From a virus (taxonomy: Duplodnaviria; Caudoviricetes): a stretch of 64,000 nucleotides of DNA. The translations under genes were made by a program, and so were the position numbers. The stretch lies in IMG/VR virus record IMGVR_UViG_2574179762_000001, positions 1 through 64,000 of that record, one strand, 5' to 3'. The stretch's first letter is position 1, and every line of letters starts with the position of its first letter. Below, piece by piece: positions 58,803-64,000 of this stretch. Below the pieces are notes generated by a model. It made no database searches, was not told where the DNA came from, and saw only the letters and a program-made list of their open reading frames with translations.

Positions 58803-59985
58803 AGAAGCCACTGGCATCGATCGGCTGGTCAAGTACATCGGCGCGAAGAAGGTCTCGTTCTACTACAAGCACCCTGACGGGAAGAGCGAGACCCTGGCCT
58901 CCGCCCCGCTTGGCGACCGCAAGGCAATCGCCGAGGCGGAGCGCGTCGCCAAGCGGAAGGCCCTGGACATTCAGGCCGGTCAGATCATCGCCGGGTCGGT
59001 GGCGGACCTGATTGATCGCTTCAGGACTGAGGTCGCCCAAACGCACTACCGTGACCAGTCCAAAGAAGGCAAGGCGGTCAGAGACAGCGCATTCGAGAAC
59101 CTGACGAAGTTCTTCGGCAAGATGGCGCCGGCAGGGCTGAAGACCGTGCACGGCTACCAGTACCTCGATGCGCGGGCGAAGACAGGTGCGCCCATCAAGG
59201 CCAACAAGGAGCTGTCCCAAATGTCGACGATCTGCAACTATGGCGTCCGCTGGGGGCTGATGGAGGCAAACCCCTTCGTCGGCATGATGCTGAACAAGAC
59301 CGACAAGGACGTCCGGACGGTCACCCGAAGCCAGGTGGTGCGGTTCTACCTGTGGGCCGTACGGCAAGGCCAGGCCTACCGGACCATGGGATGCGCCGCG
59401 ATGTTCACCTACCTGACCGGCTTCCGCGCCGCCGAGGTCCGCCCGTTCCACCTGTCCGGGCTATCGGATGACGGCGTGCGCGTGGTCGGCGCCAAGCGAA
59501 AAAAGGGCGAGGCCGAGGTCGTCAAGGTTCGTGACTGGTCCCCTCGCCTGCGCGCGGTCGTCGAGCGGGCGAAGCAGACCGCCGCCGAGACTTCCACAAA
59601 AAAGGTGGTGGTCAAGAGCCTCTACCTGTTCCCGAACAGGAGGGGCCAGCCCTACAGCAAGAGCGGCTGGGGGTCGGTCTGGCAGGATGCGATGTGGGAA
59701 TGGATCTCAACGTTTGATGTCGAGGCAGCAGAGGCACTGCGCGCCGAGCGAGAGCAATCCGCCGCGCGGCGAAAGGACAGAAGCGCGGGCGCCTGGACGT
59801 CCGGATATTCGATTGCCGAGCACGAGGCGTATTTCTCGACGCTCGACATCCGTCCGGCTGCGATCACGACAAAGCTCGAGCAGCGTTCAGCGGACGCCTA
59901 TGACTTCGCTGCGCACGCGAACCCGTCAACAACGCATCGCCACTATGACCGGCGCAAGGTCAAACGGGCGGCGGCTACAGAATAA
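58768..59985 (+). CDS. int: tyrosine recombinase/integrase (element B)
   Basis: TGFRAAE, LDIR, AH...HY; adjacent to att. Confidence 0.9.
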   Translation: MTTRRTSQRLRKEATGIDRLVKYIGAKKVSFYYKHPDGKSETLASAPLGDRKAIAEAERVAKRKALDIQAGQIIAGSVADLIDRFRTEVAQTHYRDQSKEGKAVRDSAFENLTKFFGKMAPAGLKTVHGYQYLDARAKTGAPIKANKELSQMSTICNYGVRWGLMEANPFVGMMLNKTDKDVRTVTRSQVVRFYLWAVRQGQAYRTMGCAAMFTYLTGFRAAEVRPFHLSGLSDDGVRVVGAKRKKGEAEVVKVRDWSPRLRAVVERAKQTAAETSTKKVVVKSLYLFPNRRGQPYSKSGWGSVWQDAMWEWISTFDVEAAEALRAEREQSAARRKDRSAGAWTSGYSIAEHEAYFSTLDIRPAAITTKLEQRSADAYDFAAHANPSTTHRHYDRRKVKRAAATE

Positions 59986-60103
59986 GGGGAGCAGAAAACA
60001 GAAACGGCGCCGATGGCGCCGTGGGAAAACTCCCATTTCCGCGGGAAATTCCGCATCGTGAAACGGTCATAAAACCCGTAAACCATTGATGCGAAAGAGA
60101 ATT

Positions 60104-60152
60104 TTGGGGTGGCTGATGGGACTCGAACCCACGACGACAGGAATCACAATCC
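60104..60152 (-). repeat. att core, 3' half of tRNA-His(GTG), B/C junction
   Basis: Identical to 4602-4650; tRNA 5' half absent. Confidence 0.92.
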
Positions 60153-60259
60153 TTGTTCAATATCCATTGAAATCAAAGCACTAGCGCGTTTCTTTGGAAA
60201 CCACCATGGTCTGCGACCCGCACCCTGTCTAGGCCGCTTTTACCAAGTTCCAAAGAAAG

Positions 60260-60288
60260 TTGACCCAGATACTGTATATCCGTACAGT
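60260..60288 (+). promoter_or_regulatory. sigma70 promoter with overlapping LexA box
   Basis: TTGACC-17-TACAGT; CTGTATATCCGTACAG at 60272-60287. Confidence 0.85.
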
Positions 60289-60296
60289 ATCCAGCC

Positions 60297-60704
60297 ATGC
60301 CAAGATTACAGCCGATGCCGCGACCGCCCGCCCCGCCGGACGGCTACGACCCCTGCCCCATCGACCCTAACTACGACCGCTACTACATCCTGGATGAGGC
60401 CGGCCAGCCGGTGCGCGTCTATGACTACGGCGTGCACGCCCGCTGGGAGTCCTTCGAAGGCAAAGCCTTCCAGATCAGGGACATGCTCACCGACTATGGC
60501 GTGGAGGTCTGGACCTACTTCTCGGGCTGGGGCAGCTTGCGGGATGACGAGCCGCCCGTCTTCCGGACTACGGTCAGGGGGCCGCTGCTCGACAAGACAT
60601 TTCGCTCGCTCACCTGGGAAGAAGCCGAAGACAAGCACCGCCGGGTGATCGAGAAGGTCCGCCGCACGATGTCGCGGAAGCCCGGCGTGTCGGACGGCGC
60701 CTGA
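60297..60704 (+). CDS. SOS-regulated hypothetical protein
   Basis: Follows LexA box; PPVFRTTV..G...TWEEA...H. Confidence 0.7.
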   Translation: MPRLQPMPRPPAPPDGYDPCPIDPNYDRYYILDEAGQPVRVYDYGVHARWESFEGKAFQIRDMLTDYGVEVWTYFSGWGSLRDDEPPVFRTTVRGPLLDKTFRSLTWEEAEDKHRRVIEKVRRTMSRKPGVSDGA

Positions 60705-60759
60705 TAGCGACGGCCAAGCGGCGCGCGGAGACTGGCGGCATAACCATCAGGAGACTGCC

Positions 60760-60981
60760 ATGCCAGGACAAGACATCCACGTAGTACCCGCCGATGGCCG
60801 CTGGGCCGTTGAGACCGAGGGCGGCCACGGCCGAGAGACGTTCGACACCCAAGCAGAGGCCATCGCCGCCGGCACCGAGAGGGCCAAGGCGAAAAAGGTC
60901 GAGCTGTTCATCCATGGCTTGGACGGCCAGATTCGAGAGCGCAACACGTTCGGCAACGACCCGCGCGACGTGAAGGGTTGA
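60760..60981 (+). CDS. DUF2188 domain protein
   Basis: HVVP..G.W.V...TQAEAI...IHG.DGQIRER.T.G.DP. Confidence 0.88.
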   Translation: MPGQDIHVVPADGRWAVETEGGHGRETFDTQAEAIAAGTERAKAKKVELFIHGLDGQIRERNTFGNDPRDVKG

Positions 60982-60985
60982 CGCC

Positions 60986-61624
60986 ATGCCTGGGCGGCGC
61001 GAGGCCCCGCCCCTGAACTTGGCCAGCTTCCCGCTGATGCTGGCCAAGCGCGGCGTGATGCCGCACGGTGACGACTGGCTCTACGAACTGAAATACGACG
61101 GGTATCGCCTGCTGGCGCGGACGGGCGACCCGGCGGTACGCCTGCGTGAAGGTGGCGACGCTACCAGCTGGTTCCCTGAACTGCACATCCCCTTGGCGGC
61201 CCTGCCCGCGGGCTGCGTGCTCGACGCCGAGGGCGTGGTGTTCGATGACATCGGCCGCCCCGACTTCAACGCCTTCCATGCGCGGGCCCTGCGCAGGCGC
61301 TGGTATCGCGGCGCGCCCCCTGTCGCCCTCGCCGCCTTCGACCTCCTGGTCCTGCGCGGGCGGGACATCCGAGACTGGCCCATAGAGAAACGCAAAGCGG
61401 CGCTGCAGAAGCTGCTAGGCGGGGTGACCGTTGGCCTGCTGTACGTGAGCGCCGTGGACGATGGTGAATGGCTCTACCAGCATGTGCGGGCCCTCGGCAT
61501 GGAGGGCATCGTCGCCAAGCGCGCCGGCAGCCTGTACCGGGGCGGCGCATCCGACGACTGGCGCAAGATCAAGGTGCCTGGCTACCACCGCCTAGGCAAG
61601 TTCCAGCGTGAACCTCTCGCTTGA
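60986..61624 (+). CDS. ATP-dependent DNA ligase adenylation domain (no OB domain)
   Basis: ELKYDGYR, FDLL, EGIVAKR, WRKIK; paralog of 5192-5818. Confidence 0.85.
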   Translation: MPGRREAPPLNLASFPLMLAKRGVMPHGDDWLYELKYDGYRLLARTGDPAVRLREGGDATSWFPELHIPLAALPAGCVLDAEGVVFDDIGRPDFNAFHARALRRRWYRGAPPVALAAFDLLVLRGRDIRDWPIEKRKAALQKLLGGVTVGLLYVSAVDDGEWLYQHVRALGMEGIVAKRAGSLYRGGASDDWRKIKVPGYHRLGKFQREPLA

Positions 61625-61711
61625 CTGGTACGGGCGGACTGGCGCTGCGCAGTATTGGGTCCACCCGCGCATCCAGTGTAGTGGAGGGCGTGAAACGCTG
61701 GGCTTTGTCGA

Positions 61712-61936
61712 TTAGTCCGCCACCGCCGCATCGGTGCCCTCGTCCGGCTCAATGGACTTTGCGCAGTGATCGCGATCAATCCAGTTCAGGAATCGGCAGA
61801 GGATACAGCCCCATCTCCTGCCCTGCTGCATGGCCTTGCCGGCCCGGCTTGAGATCGTCTCATCGGGACTGCCGCCCGCGATGGTGTTGACGAGCTGGTC
61901 GAAGGATATGAGCAGGTTCCAAAGGTAGCGCTTCAT
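61712..61936 (-). CDS. conserved small phage protein
   Basis: DQLVN...GSPDETISSR...DHC. Confidence 0.7.
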   Translation of the reverse strand: MKRYLWNLLISFDQLVNTIAGGSPDETISSRAGKAMQQGRRWGCILCRFLNWIDRDHCAKSIEPDEGTDAAVAD

Positions 61937-62475
61937 GATCCCTCCGCCGGCTTCGTCCCACCCGTCAGGGCGTCGTATGACCGCTCGCAGGCTTGGCCGG
62001 CGATACGGGCGGTGTCTGCGTATTCAGCCAAGATTCCCGCGCGGCGGTCAGCCCTTTCAAGCACGTCGGCAAGCATTCCGATGGGATCGAAGGCTGTCTG
62101 GCCTGCGCCGGCAGCGGCGGGATTCTGGCCGGCTCGGCTGGCGGCGAGTAGGTCGGCAACGCGGGCGCGCAGCCGGTCAGCAGCGTCGCCAGCACTGCGA
62201 GCGTCGTTGCGCGCAGCCTCAAGTTCCTTCGTTGCGGCATTAGCAATCTCCGTTTGCGCCGCCGTGCGGCGTTGTTCCTCCAGGCGCGCGGCATCGACAG
62301 CCTTGACCTGGTCGAAGGCGGCCAACCTGGCGGCCTTCTCCCGATCGGTCTTCATTTCCTCGATCTGGCCGCCCAGGCGCCAGCCGTTGGTGACCCAGCC
62401 GGCGGCGAACAGCAGCGCGGCCAGCGCCCCGACCCCGATCGCGCGCCACGGTATGTTGGTCGGGATCGGGATCAT
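61933..62475 (-). CDS. DUF2514-like Rz i-spanin
   Basis: TM + coiled coil + AGQACERSYDAL. Confidence 0.8.
   Translation of the reverse strand: MIPIPTNIPWRAIGVGALAALLFAAGWVTNGWRLGGQIEEMKTDREKAARLAAFDQVKAVDAARLEEQRRTAAQTEIANAATKELEAARNDARSAGDAADRLRARVADLLAASRAGQNPAAAGAGQTAFDPIGMLADVLERADRRAGILAEYADTARIAGQACERSYDALTGGTKPAEGS
61965..62240 (-). CDS. Rz1-like o-spanin nested in Rz
   Basis: Lipobox LTGC, Pro-rich. Confidence 0.7.
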   Translation of the reverse strand: MPQRRNLRLRATTLAVLATLLTGCAPALPTYSPPAEPARIPPLPAQARQPSIPSECLPTCLKGLTAARESWLNTQTPPVSPAKPASGHTTP

Positions 62476-62843
62476 GCTTCGTCCACGTCAGGCAGGTCGA
62501 CGGTGTGCCCGCTCAGGTGGTGCGTGCTGTCACCGAGGAAGGTGATCTGGCCGGGCTGCGCGCCATTGCATCCAACGAACGAATGGCAGCATCGCCTACC
62601 CTTGGAGCTCTCCCAGTCCTGCAACACACTCGGGGTCAGGACAGGACGCTCAAAATCACCATTGAATCCCCATTTCGGTTTGTTGGCCACGTGGGGCGAC
62701 GCCTCCGTTTCGCCAGGAGGGAGCCAGCCAACAGGAATCGTCTTGCCGATGGGCGTACCGTCCGGCCATAAGCAGCCCGGGCAATTGAACCGGATGCCGT
62801 AGAACTTCCCTTCGCTGTCGCGGACGATCTTGGCCTTGCTCAT
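62472..62843 (-). CDS. DUF6527-like metal-binding protein
   Basis: FNCPGC, WGFNGD...TPSVL, CHSFV, DSTH.L.G.TVDLP. Confidence 0.75.
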   Translation of the reverse strand: MSKAKIVRDSEGKFYGIRFNCPGCLWPDGTPIGKTIPVGWLPPGETEASPHVANKPKWGFNGDFERPVLTPSVLQDWESSKGRRCCHSFVGCNGAQPGQITFLGDSTHHLSGHTVDLPDVDEA

Positions 62844-63316
62844 ACCTGCCTCCCTTCGCAGAACGCACGGGCTATTTGGCGCCGCGCCACGAGCCCACGC
62901 ACCACCTTGCCTTTGACGTTGACCCAGAGTGACAGCGCCGCACACGCGCCGGCCATATCGCCTGCATTCGCCTTGCGTGCCATGCTGCTGCTGCAGAACG
63001 CCTCCACGCCGATGTTGTAGGCGGTATCGACGAACGCCACCTTCTGCCCATCGGTCAGCGGCACATGCACGCACCCCATGACGCCCTCGGCATGCCGCGC
63101 GAGATCGGCGTCCAATTTGGCGGCGCACTCGTTCGGCGTGTAGGTCTTGCCCCAGATCGCGTCTTCTGTCGCGCCGGTGCAGTAGGTGAGCACGCCGCCA
63201 ATGTCGCGGTAGGTTTTGTAAACGGTGCCTTCGTTCGCTGGCACCACTTTCATCAGCACTGCAGCGGCCACCACCCCGACGATGGCCACCAGCCGGTTGC
63301 GCAGCGCGGGGTTCAT
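62840..63316 (-). CDS. GH24 SAR-type endolysin
   Basis: N-terminal hydrophobic SAR-like segment then EG...YRDIGGVLT.C.G. Confidence 0.88.
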   Translation of the reverse strand: MNPALRNRLVAIVGVVAAAVLMKVVPANEGTVYKTYRDIGGVLTYCTGATEDAIWGKTYTPNECAAKLDADLARHAEGVMGCVHVPLTDGQKVAFVDTAYNIGVEAFCSSSMARKANAGDMAGACAALSLWVNVKGKVVRGLVARRQIARAFCEGRQV

Positions 63317-63582
63317 TTCCAAATTCCCTTGACCGTCGACCAGGCGGCCACGATGCCCGACACAGCCGCGGCGATATAGCCGATTGGCCGCACGGCCTTG
63401 CCGATCCAGTTCAGCGCCTTGAATGCCCCGGCCGCCGCCTGGAACGCCTCGACAATGTCGGCAGTGTTCGACTCCACTCGGGCGGTTGCCTCGGTGTTGA
63501 GCTTCAGCTCTGACTCGATCGTGTTGACCCGTGCTACCAACGCCTGAAAGTTTTCTTCGTTCATGGTGTTGATCCCCGTCAT
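63313..63582 (-). CDS. holin-like membrane protein
   Basis: Coiled coil + C-terminal hydrophobic segment; coupled to endolysin. Confidence 0.55.
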   Translation of the reverse strand: MTGINTMNEENFQALVARVNTIESELKLNTEATARVESNTADIVEAFQAAAGAFKALNWIGKAVRPIGYIAAAVSGIVAAWSTVKGIWK

Positions 63583-63615
63583 AAGCCGCCAACCCGGCGG
63601 TACTTCATCAAATGG

Positions 63616-63816
63616 TCACGTGCAAATCATCACTACAGGTTGCTGCGCGACCGATACCGCTGGCGCCAACGAGAGCACCTCAATTGCAATCTGAGAGATT
63701 CGCCCCTTCGGATTGCTGATTGACAGCACCTCCGCTATCTCCTGGCTTACGCGCCCCTTCGGGTTCGGAATCGATATGACCTCGACAACAGTCTGGGAAT
63801 TGCGGGCTGCAGTCAT
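63616..63816 (-). CDS. small protein with 17-aa internal repeats
   Basis: SQ...EV(I/L)S..NPKGR repeated. Confidence 0.55.
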   Translation of the reverse strand: MTAARNSQTVVEVISIPNPKGRVSQEIAEVLSISNPKGRISQIAIEVLSLAPAVSVAQQPVVMICT

Positions 63817-64000
63817 TTACGCGCACTCCACACCAAACTCGGCAGCATTGAGATTGGTTTTGGTCCAAGCTGCGCTGGTAGCCGGATCTGTTTCGCGAAT
63901 CTCGCTGTAGTAGAGTTGCGAAGTGCCGAGCGCCTGCGCGGTACCCGAATAGTCTGTGCCGGCCGAGCGGGTCACAGCCTTCACCAATCGGTCCCCGGCA
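63817..64000 (-). CDS. virion protein C-terminus (partial)
   Basis: Open frame to window edge ending DPATSAAWT...NAAEFGV. Confidence 0.55.
   Translation of the reverse strand, partial: AGDRLVKAVTRSAGTDYSGTAQALGTSQLYYSEIRETDPATSAAWTKTNLNAAEFGVECA

Larger units (their letters stand above)
4651..60152. mobile_element. Prophage B, lambda-like siphovirus, about 55.5 kb
   Basis: Bounded by 49-bp direct repeats; head, tail, lysis, immunity, recombination and int modules present. Confidence 0.93.
60153..64000. mobile_element. Prophage C (left end, continues beyond window)
   Basis: SOS/ligase module, spanins, endolysin, holin-like gene, tail gene end. Confidence 0.85.

Noticed and set aside
58768-59985. 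Inactive integrases because the HxxR histidine is replaced (LDIR here, ADMR in element A)
   Set aside because: Both divergent integrases share the loss while keeping R, R, H and Y; more likely a subfamily trait.

Overview
GC-rich betaproteobacterial-like DNA (host assignment is inference) made up of three prophage elements in tandem. They are separated by two identical 49-bp att cores matching the 3' half of a tRNA-His(GTG) gene (4602-4650 and 60104-60152, minus strand); neither copy is an intact tRNA. Element A (<1-4650) is a deletion remnant: spanins and an endolysin stump joined directly to early genes, xis and int. Element B (4651-60152, about 55.5 kb) is a near-complete lambda-like siphovirus with SOS-regulated ligase/SRAP genes, lysis, tail, head, terminase, a Mor-like late activator, nin/replication genes, cro/cI, recombination genes, xis and int. 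Several B genes are frameshifted or reduced to stumps, including the replication initiator. Element C (60153->64000) begins with a second SOS-regulated ligase module and a lysis cassette related to A. Main accessory signals: (1) a coupled QueF-like T-fold + TGT/DpdA-like gene pair, a candidate minimal 7-deazaguanine DNA-modification system; (2) a transposase-free 2.8-kb insertion splitting the SRAP gene and carrying a NucS-like nuclease + DndB/DGQHR-like protein, a candidate defence system; (3) a TcmP + DUF5131 pair with a LexA box between the genes; (4) a 17-bp motif before five late gene blocks; (5) a RipA-like membrane protein and other morons. All family assignments come from motifs recognised by eye; no searches were run.
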